Source: Candidatus Hydrothermarchaeum profundi (GTDB lineage Archaea; Hydrothermarchaeota; Hydrothermarchaeia; Hydrothermarchaeales; Hydrothermarchaeaceae). From it: a stretch of DNA of 64,000 nt. The stretch's first letter is position 1. Each line of letters begins with the position of its first letter. Position numbers and translations under genes: made by a program. The stretch spans positions 1,608,989-1,672,988 of the forward strand of contig MTMF02000009.1 in assembly GCA_002011125.2 (NCBI GenBank). The letters run 5' to 3'. This document shows positions 40,264 to 50,587 of this stretch, in pieces. Below the pieces are notes generated by a model, which searched no databases, had not been told where the DNA came from, and saw nothing but the letters and a program-made list of their open reading frames with translations.

Positions 40264-41226
40264 ATGTTTCCTCACAGAACTCTAGGAGATAGGGCGAAAA
40301 AAGCCATGATAGAGGCTATATCGAAACTTGGTGAAGACAAAACGGCTTATAGCAAAAACGTAGAAAAGGCCGCTGAAGCTATATCAAAGATCACAGGCCA
40401 CCGCTTTATAAGGTTTCTCTCAAGCGGCAACTGCGCTATATTCACTATAGTAAATGCCTTAGAAGGGAAAATAATGATCCCTGACCAAGGAGGATGGAAA
40501 GGATTTAAGAAGTATCCTAAGCTATTAGGTAAGAAAATATGCACTGTGCAAACAGACCTCGGTCTAATCGACCCTGAGACTCTGGAGTCTCACATAAAAA
40601 AACAGCAGCCCCAAGCACTATTTATAACCTCCTTTGCAGGGTATATCGCAGAGCAAAATATTAGAGCTATATCTGAAATATGCAAGGAAAATAATGTGCT
40701 TCTTGTTGAAGATGCTAGCGGGGCAATCGGAGACCATGAATTAGCTAGAGGAGACTCAGATGTCATAGTGTGCTCGACTGGCTCGCCTAAAATCTTAAAT
40801 TTAATGTCAGGCGGTTTCATATCTACCAATAAGGAAGAGCTTCTGGAAAAGTCTAGGGAGATAATAAAAGCATGCAAGATTGACCCTGTTATCTGCGCAG
40901 GTATTATAGAAGAGCTAAAGGATTCAAGCGAGAGGATCAGGCTTCTGAATGAGTACTCTAACCGCCTGAAAGAATATCTGCCTAAAGTTGTTCACAGACA
41001 TAAGAGAGGGATATGTGTAGGATTCGAAGTAGATGACCCGAAAAAGGTAGCCGCTGAAGCTATTAAGAGAGGGTTAATCACAGATCTTAGCAGAGGATTT
41101 CTAACCGTCTGCCCAATATACGAAAGGTTTCTCAAGAGAGGCATAGTAGTGGAACTTAAAAATCTGGATGTATTCAGATTAAGCGAAGAAGATATATCTA
41201 AGATTGGAGAAATTCTTAATTTATAA
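40264..41226 (+). CDS. PLP-dependent transferase (fold type I)
   Basis: Motifs SSGNCAI, LVEDASG and STGSPK (candidate PLP lysine). Confidence 0.75.
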   Translation: MFPHRTLGDRAKKAMIEAISKLGEDKTAYSKNVEKAAEAISKITGHRFIRFLSSGNCAIFTIVNALEGKIMIPDQGGWKGFKKYPKLLGKKICTVQTDLGLIDPETLESHIKKQQPQALFITSFAGYIAEQNIRAISEICKENNVLLVEDASGAIGDHELARGDSDVIVCSTGSPKILNLMSGGFISTNKEELLEKSREIIKACKIDPVICAGIIEELKDSSERIRLLNEYSNRLKEYLPKVVHRHKRGICVGFEVDDPKKVAAEAIKRGLITDLSRGFLTVCPIYERFLKRGIVVELKNLDVFRLSEEDISKIGEILNL

Positions 41227-41238
41227 AGGAGAAATACC

Positions 41239-42222
41239 ATGGAATTCGCATCTGTAGTTGCAAAAAAAGCATTAGAAATCGCTGAAGCTATAGAAGCAAA
41301 CGCAATTATAGTATTAACCGAAACAGGAGAAGCTTTCGAGCTTATAGCTAAGAAGAAGCCAAAAATCACAATAATTGCTGCTACAGCCAATGATGAGACC
41401 TATCAGAGTCTTTTAAAAGAATCAATGATTACAAGCTTAAAGAGCATTGTATTCGTGGATATGGAAGAAGATGAGGATATTGCACGAAGAGAAAAGGGAG
41501 GGGTATATGCGATTCGGCTTTTAACAAGATCAACTTCAATAGCTGCTCAAATTGAAGACACTGTGATCGTAGGGTTGCATAAAGGGATTTTAAATGAGGA
41601 TGATGTGGTAGTAGTTATAGGCTCCGATCTTACCTCAGAGGCTAACATGATAATCATCTACGAGATTAAAAAAGAAAAGCTAGGATTTACTCTTTATGAC
41701 CTCATAAGAGAGAGCAATGTTAAACATGAAGTTTTTGAGTCAACCCTTAATATCGCGTTAGAGATTGGTCGAGAAGGTAGAGGTGGAAAACAGATTGGAA
41801 CTGCCTTCTTATTAGGGGATAGCCAGAGGGTTTTAGAAAAATCTAAGCAACTTATATTGAATCCGTTTGCTGGCCACTTAATCGGTGAAAGGATGATTAC
41901 TGATCCCGCGATAGCTGAAACCGTTAAAGAACTCGCTCAGTTAGATGGAGTTTTCGTTATTTCTGAGGATGGAGTTATTGAAGCCGCTGGCAGATATCTC
42001 ACTGTGGATACATCTGAGGTGGATATACCTCGGGGTCTCGGTACTAGACATGCGGCTGTTGCAGCCATGACGGCAGCTACTGATGCTATAGGGATAACCG
42101 TTTCAGAAAGCGGTGGAGTTGTTAGAATATTCAAGAAAGGAGAGATCGTACTGACAATAGAACCTCAGCGGAGGATTTCGCTGATAAGTGAAAGCTTAAG
42201 ACATGTGATTAAAGCCAGATAG
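41239..42222 (+). CDS. dacZ: Diadenylate cyclase, DacZ type
   Basis: N-terminal pyruvate-kinase-C-like domain (AIIVLTETG) plus a DAC domain (KELAQLDGV, GLGTRH, VSESGG). Confidence 0.88.
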   Translation: MEFASVVAKKALEIAEAIEANAIIVLTETGEAFELIAKKKPKITIIAATANDETYQSLLKESMITSLKSIVFVDMEEDEDIARREKGGVYAIRLLTRSTSIAAQIEDTVIVGLHKGILNEDDVVVVIGSDLTSEANMIIIYEIKKEKLGFTLYDLIRESNVKHEVFESTLNIALEIGREGRGGKQIGTAFLLGDSQRVLEKSKQLILNPFAGHLIGERMITDPAIAETVKELAQLDGVFVISEDGVIEAAGRYLTVDTSEVDIPRGLGTRHAAVAAMTAATDAIGITVSESGGVVRIFKKGEIVLTIEPQRRISLISESLRHVIKAR

Positions 42223-42256
42223 ATTTAAATAATAATATTACATGTGAGGCATAAAT

Positions 42257-43459
42257 ATGAGTAGGAACATAATTGTAGAACAGATCCATCAGACCCCTGT
42301 AGAATCTCAGAAGATTGAATTGGTGGAGAGGAAGGGTGTTGGGCATCCGGACAGTTTAGCGGATGGAATCGCTGACTCTATTTCTAGAGCACTGTGCGTA
42401 GAGTATCTTAAAAGATTTGGCGTCCTTATGCATCATAACACTGATCAGGTTGAGATCGTCGGAGGCAAAGCCGAGCCTAAATTTGGGGGAGGGCAAATAA
42501 TATCGCCTATATATATTCTTCTTTCTGGCAGAGCAACCACTATAGTAGACGACGAGCTAGTGCCGGTTCATAAGATAGCAATTCATGCTGCCAAGGAGTA
42601 TCTTGATAGAACTCTGCGGAATCTCGATGTAGAAAATGACGTAGTTATTGACTCGAGGATAAGTCAGGGGTCTACTGACCTAATGGATGTTTTTAAGAGA
42701 GCTCATGTGATACCTCTCGCTAATGATACTTCGTTCGGAGTTGGATTTGCACCGTTTACTGACGTTGAAAGGCTCGCTCTTGAAACCGAGAAAGAGATAA
42801 ATTCGGATCGTTTTAAAGATAGATTTCCTGAGAGCGGGGAGGATGTAAAAGTAATGGGTTTGAGGGAAGGAGATAAGATAACACTTACTATAGCAAATGC
42901 CATGGTAGCTAAATACATACCTGACTTAGATCATTATAGGAGTGTAAAAGAGGAGATGACTTACACTATTGAGGATCTTGCTTCAAGTATTACTGACAGA
43001 GAAGTTGAGGTAAATATAAACACAGGCGATGATTATGATAGGGGCTCTGTGTATCTTACTGTGACAGGCACATCTGCAGAAATGGGGGATGACGGCTCAG
43101 TGGGTAGAGGAAACCGGGCGAACGGTCTTATAACCCCCAATAGGTTGATGTCTCTTGAAGCTGCTGCAGGTAAGAATCCTGTAAATCATACCGGGAAAAT
43201 GTATAATTTAATTTCTAATCAAATCGCTCATTCTATAGTTACTGCAGTTGAGGGTGTAAGAGAAGTCTACGTTAAAATATTAAGCCAGATAGGGCGGCCT
43301 ATAGACCATCCAAAGGTTGCTAGTGTTCAACTCATTTTAGATGATTCTGTTAGCATAGAATCCATTAAACCTAAGGTCGAGAGTATTGTGGACCTTCACC
43401 TATCTGATATAAAGAAAGTAACGGATATGGTGATAAAAGGAGAGCTGACCACTTTTTAG
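42257..43459 (+). CDS. mat: Archaeal S-adenosylmethionine synthetase
   Basis: Motifs [26 protein letters not shown] and GKNPVNH. Confidence 0.96.
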   Translation: MSRNIIVEQIHQTPVESQKIELVERKGVGHPDSLADGIADSISRALCVEYLKRFGVLMHHNTDQVEIVGGKAEPKFGGGQIISPIYILLSGRATTIVDDELVPVHKIAIHAAKEYLDRTLRNLDVENDVVIDSRISQGSTDLMDVFKRAHVIPLANDTSFGVGFAPFTDVERLALETEKEINSDRFKDRFPESGEDVKVMGLREGDKITLTIANAMVAKYIPDLDHYRSVKEEMTYTIEDLASSITDREVEVNINTGDDYDRGSVYLTVTGTSAEMGDDGSVGRGNRANGLITPNRLMSLEAAAGKNPVNHTGKMYNLISNQIAHSIVTAVEGVREVYVKILSQIGRPIDHPKVASVQLILDDSVSIESIKPKVESIVDLHLSDIKKVTDMVIKGELTTF

Positions 43460-43842
43460 AGAGAATCGTAAAGAGCCCTCAGTATTCTCCCATGAACTAT
43501 CATTCCTAGGAGTTTCCCATTCTCTACTACAGGTACTCTCTCTATGTGGTGCTTTATCATGATTTTTAGTATCTCTTTAAGTTTGGCTTCAGGGCCTACG
43601 GTAATAGGAGGCTTTGACATAAGGTCGCCTGCACATAGTCCTCCTATTTCATAATTTCTGGCGAGCATTATATCTCGCTGGGTTATTATTCCTACCAGCT
43701 TATCGTCCTCTATCACGGGCAGACTACCTATGCTATTCCTCGTCATTATAAGATCAGCTAACGCTATTTTCTCCTTAGGACCTATAGTAATAAGGTCCTT
43801 CAACATTAGATCTTTTGCTTTAAGATTCTCCATAAAACTCAC
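43456..43842 (-). CDS. CBS-domain pair protein
   Basis: Motifs LPVIEDDKLVGIITQRD and VPVVENGKLLGMI. Confidence 0.9.
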   Translation of the reverse strand: MSFMENLKAKDLMLKDLITIGPKEKIALADLIMTRNSIGSLPVIEDDKLVGIITQRDIMLARNYEIGGLCAGDLMSKPPITVGPEAKLKEILKIMIKHHIERVPVVENGKLLGMIVHGRILRALYDSL

Positions 43843-43845
43843 CCC

Positions 43846-44310
43846 TCACATCATGTTTTGGCCTTCACTACTCTTAATTACCAGCACGGGGCGATCTGAC
43901 CTATGAACTACCTCCCGTGAGACGCTTCCTAACATAAATTTCGAGATGCCCGCGCCATACGAAGCAACTACGATAAGATTGTAGTTCCCTTCTTTAGCTT
44001 CTTTGAGAATCTCCTCTGCAGCATTCCCTTTTCTAGTTTTTAACTCAGCTTGAATCTCATATTTTGATAATATTTCTCTTCCCTTTTCTAGGGAAAGCTT
44101 CACAGATTTAGGAATACCAAGCTTTTTTAGTTTATGTATTTCCTCCCGAAAAACTCTATGGTATTCATCGTATTCCTTATATTCTTCCTCGATATTAGGG
44201 ATAACTCTTAAGACTGTGACTTCGGGATTTATGGTTCTCAACAGGTAGCCCGTGGTCTCTATGGCTTCCTCGGAGAAACGTGACCCATCTGTACACACAA
44301 GTACCCTCAT
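43846..44310 (-). CDS. Universal stress protein
   Basis: Motifs VCTDGS and LGSVSREVV...PVLVI. Confidence 0.9.
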   Translation of the reverse strand: MRVLVCTDGSRFSEEAIETTGYLLRTINPEVTVLRVIPNIEEEYKEYDEYHRVFREEIHKLKKLGIPKSVKLSLEKGREILSKYEIQAELKTRKGNAAEEILKEAKEGNYNLIVVASYGAGISKFMLGSVSREVVHRSDRPVLVIKSSEGQNMM

Positions 44311-44645
44311 TTTCCTTCCTGGAGGAGCATTATGGCTTCTGCTAAGTCTCCGTTAGTCTTAGCGAGAGCCTCTCTAGCCTCATCCTCGCTTACTCCTGCC
44401 TGCTCGGCTACCATTTTCACGTCTTCCTCAGGAATAAGGATCCTTTCACTTTCACTACCCATGATCTGATAGGTCTTCTGACCCATAGCTGTGACCACGT
44501 TAACAGTAGGATTCTCAATGACAATCTCCCTGTCGGAGAGCCTAATTATGACCTCTTGGGCATCTAACTCCTCCATTTCCATGCCCATCTTCTTCATCAT
44601 CTTTTTCATTTTCTTCGGATTCAAATTAGGAATCATTGCTTCCAC
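44307..44645 (-). CDS. nac: Nascent polypeptide-associated complex protein
   Basis: NPKKMKKMMKKMG and a C-terminal UBA domain (DVKMVAEQAGVS...GDLAEAI). Confidence 0.93.
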   Translation of the reverse strand: MEAMIPNLNPKKMKKMMKKMGMEMEELDAQEVIIRLSDREIVIENPTVNVVTAMGQKTYQIMGSESERILIPEEDVKMVAEQAGVSEDEAREALAKTNGDLAEAIMLLQEGK

Positions 44646-45012
44646 CTTAGCAATAATTTACTGCGCAGAAAATAAAAAGCTATCGAGAGGATAACCAACC
44701 TGCTGGGCAGGATTTTAACATTATATTATATTCTAACCCTTTACGCCCTATACCTATCTCCCTTATCATCAAGCTTTCACGAAAATCTTCAGAAGACATT
44801 CAAGTAACTATGCCGCTGAATAGACCGCTGAAATCCTTTCACCGCCGTGTCGTGCTCCTTGCAAATTGGACATTGGTATCCGTGGTTCTAACACCCGACG
44901 TTCCCCGTGACTGTTTACTATACTTATGCAGACTGATAATCAGGGACTAACAAGGATAAATACTTTACGCCCATTAGCTCCGATCTCAGATAACTACATG
45001 AGTATAAAGAAA

Positions 45013-45354
45013 TTAAAGCTTAATAATTTTCTTTCTTGACTTATCAGCGGCTTGTAAGATGAGTTGCTTTTCTATCTCCATGAGACTCTTAACTAGTTCG
45101 CTCTCAGTGTTCAACCTGTAAAGCCTCGTCTTTCCAAACTTCCTCTCACTCTTAACGATTCCGAGACTCTCTATTTCCCCCCACACCTTGTAAAAAGTTG
45201 TTTTGCTCATTCCCAGCTCCTCTATGATCTCTTTCTTCGAAAAATCAAAGAGCTTGTTATCCATGAGAAAATCAACTATCCTGAGCTGAGGAGACCTTCC
45301 CAAAGCCTTCAACAATAACGACTCCCTAACTTCTCTCTTCATTCTTTCCTTCAT
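45013..45354 (-). CDS. Winged-HTH protein
   Basis: The pattern FSKKEIIEELGMSKTTFYKVW...GKTRLYRLN. Confidence 0.8.
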   Translation of the reverse strand: MKERMKREVRESLLLKALGRSPQLRIVDFLMDNKLFDFSKKEIIEELGMSKTTFYKVWGEIESLGIVKSERKFGKTRLYRLNTESELVKSLMEIEKQLILQAADKSRKKIIKL

Positions 45355-45437
45355 TCCTTCGACTTTAACTTAGATTTAAACAGATGTATAGACCAGATTC
45401 AAAGGCAAAGGTTTATAAACCTTACCGTTGAACGGTA

Positions 45438-45728
45438 TTGTTAGTGTACCAATATGAAGAGGAAGCGCCTACTACCCGGGACATTGAGGCAACGATATTT
45501 CATAAACTAGCAAGGAGAGGGGCATGGGGAGAAGCCTATATGCCTAGGGACACCCTAACAAGATGGCTCTCAAAGAAGATAAAGAAAAACGGCAAGCGAA
45601 TTAGAAAAATCATAGATTCATTAATCCGAGAAGGATACCTCCTCCCCCACAAAGGAGGCAAGACTATTTCCTTAAACCCCTCCCGCAGAGGAGAAATACT
45701 CAGAGTTATAGAAGACTTCCTCCAATAA
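45438..45728 (+). CDS. Small hypothetical protein, wHTH-like
   Basis: IDSLIREGYL...ISLNP pattern; divergent from the wHTH gene, with TTTATAAA upstream. Confidence 0.6.
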   Translation: MLVYQYEEEAPTTRDIEATIFHKLARRGAWGEAYMPRDTLTRWLSKKIKKNGKRIRKIIDSLIREGYLLPHKGGKTISLNPSRRGEILRVIEDFLQ

Positions 45729-46227
45729 TGCATAAAAAAGCGCTGTCCTGGGATATATCTCCGTCCTCTCATGCTCCAGCCTCCACCGGAGAATAATCCT
45801 TTGAGCATTCCTAGCCTCGCTGAAGACCTTCCGGATCTTCTCATCAAAAGAGGTTACATGCTCAGTAGTCACGATGGAACCATTAAAAGCCCATACAAAC
45901 TTTGTTCTGAACAGCCTAAAGTCTCAAAAGTTAAAGTATGGGTAAGCAATTCGAAAGCAGGGAAAGTAATCCTACACCCTTTTCATGCTTAATTACTCTA
46001 GAAATAAGGCGAGGTGACGATTTCATTCTCTTCTACAAATCTTCTTGCTCAATTTATTTTAGCTGTGCTTAATCCATTCCTCAGAAAATATTTTTATCCA
46101 TGGCGGCGAATGGAATCAGGGAAGCCTTTCCTTATAAAAAGAATGTGGTGAGGACTTTTCCAGCACGATAAAAATCTGAGAAACCATGCAAGAGCGGAAA
46201 CAAGGCTCACCATCCGAGTAGGAGTAG

Positions 46228-46302
46228 TGGGCCCGGAGGGATTCGGACCCTCGACCTTTCGGTTATCAGCCGAACGCGCTAACCAAGCTACGCCACGGGC
46301 CC
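46228..46302 (-). tRNA. tRNA-Ile(GAU) with an atypical T-loop
   Basis: Reverse complement reads GGGCCCG...TTCGG-CTGATAA-CCGAA...GAGGG-TCCGAAT-CCCTC-CGGGCCC-A. Confidence 0.9.
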
Positions 46303-46426
46303 AGTAAAAATCAAAAGAGATACAGAAATATATAAATCTTTCACTCTAGCACTGCAGGATAGTTTTAGTAGAGGCTCATATATTCCACACGTATTTTTTA
46401 TATGTTAACGTTTAAATTAGGTTGGA

Positions 46427-46500
46427 GGGCCCGTAGCTCAATTTGGTAGAGCGTCGCCCTCGCACGGCGGAGGCTCCGGGTTCAAATCCCGGCGGGTCCA
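46427..46500 (+). tRNA. tRNA-Ala(CGC)
   Basis: Acceptor stem GGGCCCG/CGGGTCC with G3:U70; anticodon loop CTCGCAC. Confidence 0.95.
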
Positions 46501-46676
46501 CTTCCTATTAAATTGGATAAAAAAATATTGGTGAAGCGTGCATTTTCTTGAATGATCGATTTCAAGATAATCTTCTTGAGTAATGAGCTATTTTAATTTA
46601 CCCTATCTCATAGAATTCTATACTCAGTAAGCTCACTACAAAATAAGAGGATAACTCAAGTATGAGTGAATGATAC

Positions 46677-47135
46677 TCACTCTTCTCGCTTAGGCACCAC
46701 TAGCACAGGCACCTGCAAAAGTCTACCTAGCTCGCTTAACAATCCTTCAGTAGTGCTACCTAGAAAGAGCTTAAAGAAGTGTCCCTTACCCGTGGGAGCG
46801 ATGATTATAAGATCTATGTCACCACGATTATTGATATACTTTATAATCTCATCTGATGGCCTGCCTTTTCCCTTTATTATAACGCTTTCTACCTCAACTC
46901 CTTCCTCCTCTCCAAGCTTTTTCACTCTGTCAACGATCTCGTAAGCATCGCGTTCTGTTTGCATCTTTCTGATGAGTTCTCTCTTCAACTTAACCTTCCA
47001 AGTTTCAACCGATATTTCAGGGTCATAGACATGAAGAGTAACAATCTTACCCCCACACCTCTTGCATAGCTCTACAGCATACTTCTCAGCGGCAAAAGCT
47101 GCCCAAGAGCCATCTGTTGGCACAAGTATTTTCAT
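46677..47135 (-). CDS. Universal stress protein
   Basis: Motifs ILVPTDGS and LGSTTE...PVLVV. Confidence 0.88.
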   Translation of the reverse strand: MKILVPTDGSWAAFAAEKYAVELCKRCGGKIVTLHVYDPEISVETWKVKLKRELIRKMQTERDAYEIVDRVKKLGEEEGVEVESVIIKGKGRPSDEIIKYINNRGDIDLIIIAPTGKGHFFKLFLGSTTEGLLSELGRLLQVPVLVVPKREE

Positions 47136-47434
47136 CTTTTTTCTCCTCCCGTTATTTTCTTATAAATTTCTAAAAACTCATCCCAATGTTGGAGCATATT
47201 GTCGGTGAGAAAATACATAACGATGTAGGTGTTCTCAGAGGTTTCTACTATTCCGTGCTTTAAAAGTACATCAATATGATATCTTATAGTAGTATAATCC
47301 ATCTTCAACCTACGTGCTATCTGGTTAGCATTACTTGGCCGCTCATGGAGCAGTTTTACTATCTTAGCTCTTATTACTCCGCCCTTCGTAACTCCGAAGA
47401 TCCACCAGAGAAGCTTTTTATTCATTATTAACAC
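47132..47434 (-). CDS. ArsR-like winged-HTH regulator
   Basis: The pattern GTKGG-like start followed by RAKIVKLLHERPSNANQIARRLKMDYTTIRYHIDVL. Confidence 0.85.
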   Translation of the reverse strand: MLIMNKKLLWWIFGVTKGGVIRAKIVKLLHERPSNANQIARRLKMDYTTIRYHIDVLLKHGIVETSENTYIVMYFLTDNMLQHWDEFLEIYKKITGGEKR

Positions 47435-47485
47435 CTATACAATAAGGCTTATATATTAATCCTCAACATCTTTTCTCTGAGTGGT

Positions 47486-47779
47486 ATGGGCGATGTAATT
47501 CTAACTGCGAGACTGGTGTTTAGTCTAATAAACCTCGCCATCCTAAGCGTATTGGTCTACATTTTTTTTAAGCGTTACCTAGAGCTTAAATCACCTTTTA
47601 CTCTGGGATTTTTACTCTTTTCCCTAGCCCTCTTTTTCAGGACTTTTTTCTCTGCGCCTATTATAAATATCCTTGTCTCGGGAGTAGGTACTTCTAACGT
47701 ACTTGACAATTTCAGGCTTATCGCTGATATTTTTGAAACTTTCGCGCTTTCGATCCTAGTATACCTCAGCACAAGATGA
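47486..47779 (+). CDS. Small 3-TM membrane protein
   Basis: Three hydrophobic helices and SPFTLGFLLF; divergent from the wHTH gene. Confidence 0.7.
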   Translation: MGDVILTARLVFSLINLAILSVLVYIFFKRYLELKSPFTLGFLLFSLALFFRTFFSAPIINILVSGVGTSNVLDNFRLIADIFETFALSILVYLSTR

Positions 47780-47845
47780 GTTTGTAAAAAGTTTGGAAAA
47801 TTTTTGTATAAAAATAGGATTATTTCTATATAATATTTGGAAAAT
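47780..47845 (+). repeat. 11-bp-phased imperfect direct repeats (NTTTG[G/T]AAAA[A/T])
   Basis: Units start at 47780, 47791, 47802 and 47835, all offsets being multiples of 11. Confidence 0.55.
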
Positions 47846-47902
47846 AAATAAATATGCGCTTCTTTTTTAGTATAATTTAGTTAATTTTGGAGGATTTTTA
47901 AA

Positions 47903-49012
47903 ATGACAGATAAAAATATTTTAATTGCGATAACTGATATTGATATCTTTACTAAAACTCTACCAGATATAATAAAATGGCTGAAAAGTCTTAATGGTAA
48001 CCTAAATGCCACTTTATTATACATAGCTGATGCCACAGATATGGAATCAGCAATCCCTATCCTCGAAGATATAAGCACTAAAAATAAACAGCTTATCAAA
48101 ATTGCAGAAGAGTTAAACCGACAAAACATACCTACTAAGCTACAACTGAGAACGGGAGTACCCCACAGAGAGATAATCACGGAAGCAAAAAGGAAAGGTG
48201 CGTTTACGATATTGATGAGTACAGATAGTAGGGGTATTATTCCAAGAGCATTCTCAAGGAATATTGTAAAAAAAGTGATGGAACAGGCTCCCTGCCCCGT
48301 AGTTGTTTTTAAACCACAATTACTGAGGTTTACGGATAAAGTAGCATGTAAAGAATCCCACTCGAAAAAAAGAGTAGTTGTTTCAACAGATACTCAGGAA
48401 TATAAAGCTTTGATTAAAGAAAAAAAGGTTATCATCGTAGTAAATACGGCCCTCGATACAAAGAATCCGCTTCTTCCATTAGACTTCGCTGAATTTAGTG
48501 CAGAGTGGATGACGAGACATCTAAAAGATCTGAATGCATATAAAGCCATTCTACTCTACCAAGCAGACAATATAAATGAAATCGATAATGCAAAAAAACT
48601 TTTAGGAACCCTTATACCTGCTTTCGAAAAACGCGGCATAAAAGCTACGGTTATTGTTAATTTATCTGAGGAACAAGTAACAGCGGAAATAGATAAGCTT
48701 CAACCGGAAATAGTGTTTGTAACTGGATCTAAACTTGCAAAACATATCGAAAAGCATGTGCGGTGTAAGAGTATAACATACCCCAATCCGAAACAAAAAG
48801 AGCTAAAGACCTCTATAGAATATGGAGTTATCGCATTAATTTTGTATACATTCATATTAATAGACTTTGGGTTTATCCAAGAACTTGTTACTAAAAAAAG
48901 CTTAATATCCGTTCTAGTAGTTCTCATCACAGTGATTCTAGTGGCATATGCCTATGGAAATACGATTACCCATACACTCAGATACTTAGGCATCAAGCCA
49001 AAGGCTCATTAA
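47903..49012 (+). CDS. USP-domain protein with a second degenerate USP-like domain and 2 C-terminal TM helices
   Basis: GVPHREIITEA...VKKVMEQAPCPVVV and a hydrophobic C-terminus. Confidence 0.75.
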   Translation: MTDKNILIAITDIDIFTKTLPDIIKWLKSLNGNLNATLLYIADATDMESAIPILEDISTKNKQLIKIAEELNRQNIPTKLQLRTGVPHREIITEAKRKGAFTILMSTDSRGIIPRAFSRNIVKKVMEQAPCPVVVFKPQLLRFTDKVACKESHSKKRVVVSTDTQEYKALIKEKKVIIVVNTALDTKNPLLPLDFAEFSAEWMTRHLKDLNAYKAILLYQADNINEIDNAKKLLGTLIPAFEKRGIKATVIVNLSEEQVTAEIDKLQPEIVFVTGSKLAKHIEKHVRCKSITYPNPKQKELKTSIEYGVIALILYTFILIDFGFIQELVTKKSLISVLVVLITVILVAYAYGNTITHTLRYLGIKPKAH

Positions 49013-49027
49013 AGGGGGAAGTGGCAG

Positions 49028-50104
49028 ATGGAAGGTCTAACATCTAATCTTGGAAGCGGACTTGATGCGGTGTTTATTAACATAACTCTAATAAAAGCAC
49101 TTGCTATAATATTTCTAGGATTCATCGGAGGAACCTTAAGTGGCTTTCTGGGTAGCGGTGGAGCATTCATAATGACTCCCGGTATGATGAACTTAGGGGT
49201 GCCCGGAATAATAGCTGTAGGAACCAACATAACCCACAAATTCGGGAAAGCCTTAGTAGGTTCCCGTAGTCACGGAGAACTTGGCCACGTAGACAAAAAA
49301 CTAGCTCTAATGATGTTAATAGGATTATTAGCTGGAGTAAGAGCTGCTGTAAAGATTAACTCTAGGATATTCGAATCACTAGGAAAGGCTGCCTCTAATC
49401 TCTATATTAGTATTATCTTCATAATTGTGCTCACTTCCATCACTATAATTATTATTAGAGATATCAAGAACAGCCGGAAAAGTGATCACATCATAGACAA
49501 TGACTTAGCGGATAAAATTCAAAAAATAAATCTCCCGCCAGTTATTCAATTTGAAGTTGCTAGAATAAGAGTATCTCTCTGGTTCCCCCTTATTATAGCG
49601 TTTGCTACAGGATACCTCGCAGGTACGATAGGTGTAGGGGGATTTATAGGTGTTCCAGCAATGATATATATGCTAGGTATAAACACAAGAGTTGCTGCTG
49701 GTACGGAGCTTTTTTTGGCAATATTTTCAGGGGCGTGGGGAGCTATTGAATACGCCCAGCGAGGTTATGTTGACCTACGACTTGTTGTAATCCTATACCT
49801 TGGATCTCTAATAGGAGTGCAATTAGGTGCGATAGCAACTGAAATAGTCGATCAAAGCATTGCTAAACTTGTTTTAGTAATTGTAATTGCCAGCTCAGAT
49901 CTAGGCAGAGTAGTAATGATACCTGAGTACTTGAGAACGTTAGGGTATATTGATATAACTAGTAATACAGGTAATATCCTAAGTATGGTAAGCACAGGCT
50001 TGCTCTTTGGGGGAGCTATTCTAGGGATGGGGGTTATTTTAAAAAATGTAAAAGAAGTAGCGTTGTCCGAGAAAAAGATTAAAATCTTGAGTCACGCAAA
50101 GTGA
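49028..50104 (+). CDS. Sulfite exporter TauE/SafE family protein
   Basis: Motifs SGFLGSGGAFIMTP, AVGT, GTIGVGGFIGVP and AAGTEL. Confidence 0.9.
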   Translation: MEGLTSNLGSGLDAVFINITLIKALAIIFLGFIGGTLSGFLGSGGAFIMTPGMMNLGVPGIIAVGTNITHKFGKALVGSRSHGELGHVDKKLALMMLIGLLAGVRAAVKINSRIFESLGKAASNLYISIIFIIVLTSITIIIIRDIKNSRKSDHIIDNDLADKIQKINLPPVIQFEVARIRVSLWFPLIIAFATGYLAGTIGVGGFIGVPAMIYMLGINTRVAAGTELFLAIFSGAWGAIEYAQRGYVDLRLVVILYLGSLIGVQLGAIATEIVDQSIAKLVLVIVIASSDLGRVVMIPEYLRTLGYIDITSNTGNILSMVSTGLLFGGAILGMGVILKNVKEVALSEKKIKILSHAK

Positions 50105-50108
50105 TATT

Positions 50109-50567
50109 ATGAATATTTATTCCCATATTCTCGTTGCAACGGATGGTTCAAAGTACAGCGAACCGGCCGTATGCTACGCTATGCGTTTAGCAAAAGAGAG
50201 TAACGCTAAGCTTACAATCTTACATGTTGCCAATGTGCATGGATATGTTGAGGTACTGTGGCATGATATGAAGAAGAAGTATAAGAATGAAGGGGAAAGG
50301 GTCCTTGAAGAAATTAGAGAACACTGCGAAAATTCAGATGTAAAGGCTGAAACTCTTCTAGAAGAAGGAGTACCCTACTTAAAAATAGTAGAGGCTGCAA
50401 AAAAACTTCACTGCGACCTTATTGTAATGGGCAGCCATGGACATTCTGGATTAGAAAAAATCCTGCTAGGAAGCGTTGCAGAGCGTGTTATAGGAATCTC
50501 GCCTGTACCCGTCGTAATAGTTCCACCAGATGTTGGGAAGCATCTACTTGAAAGCAAAGAGAAATAA
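50109..50567 (+). CDS. Universal stress protein
   Basis: Motifs ILVATDGS and DLIVMGSHG...LLGSVAERV. Confidence 0.93.
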   Translation: MNIYSHILVATDGSKYSEPAVCYAMRLAKESNAKLTILHVANVHGYVEVLWHDMKKKYKNEGERVLEEIREHCENSDVKAETLLEEGVPYLKIVEAAKKLHCDLIVMGSHGHSGLEKILLGSVAERVIGISPVPVVIVPPDVGKHLLESKEK

Positions 50568-50587
50568 AATATCTCTCTGAGTAATAT

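Noticed and set aside
45536-45992. ORFs 45536-45847, 45672-45872 and 45771-45992
   Set aside because: They overlap one another and have no recognisable motifs. They may be gene debris but cannot be supported.
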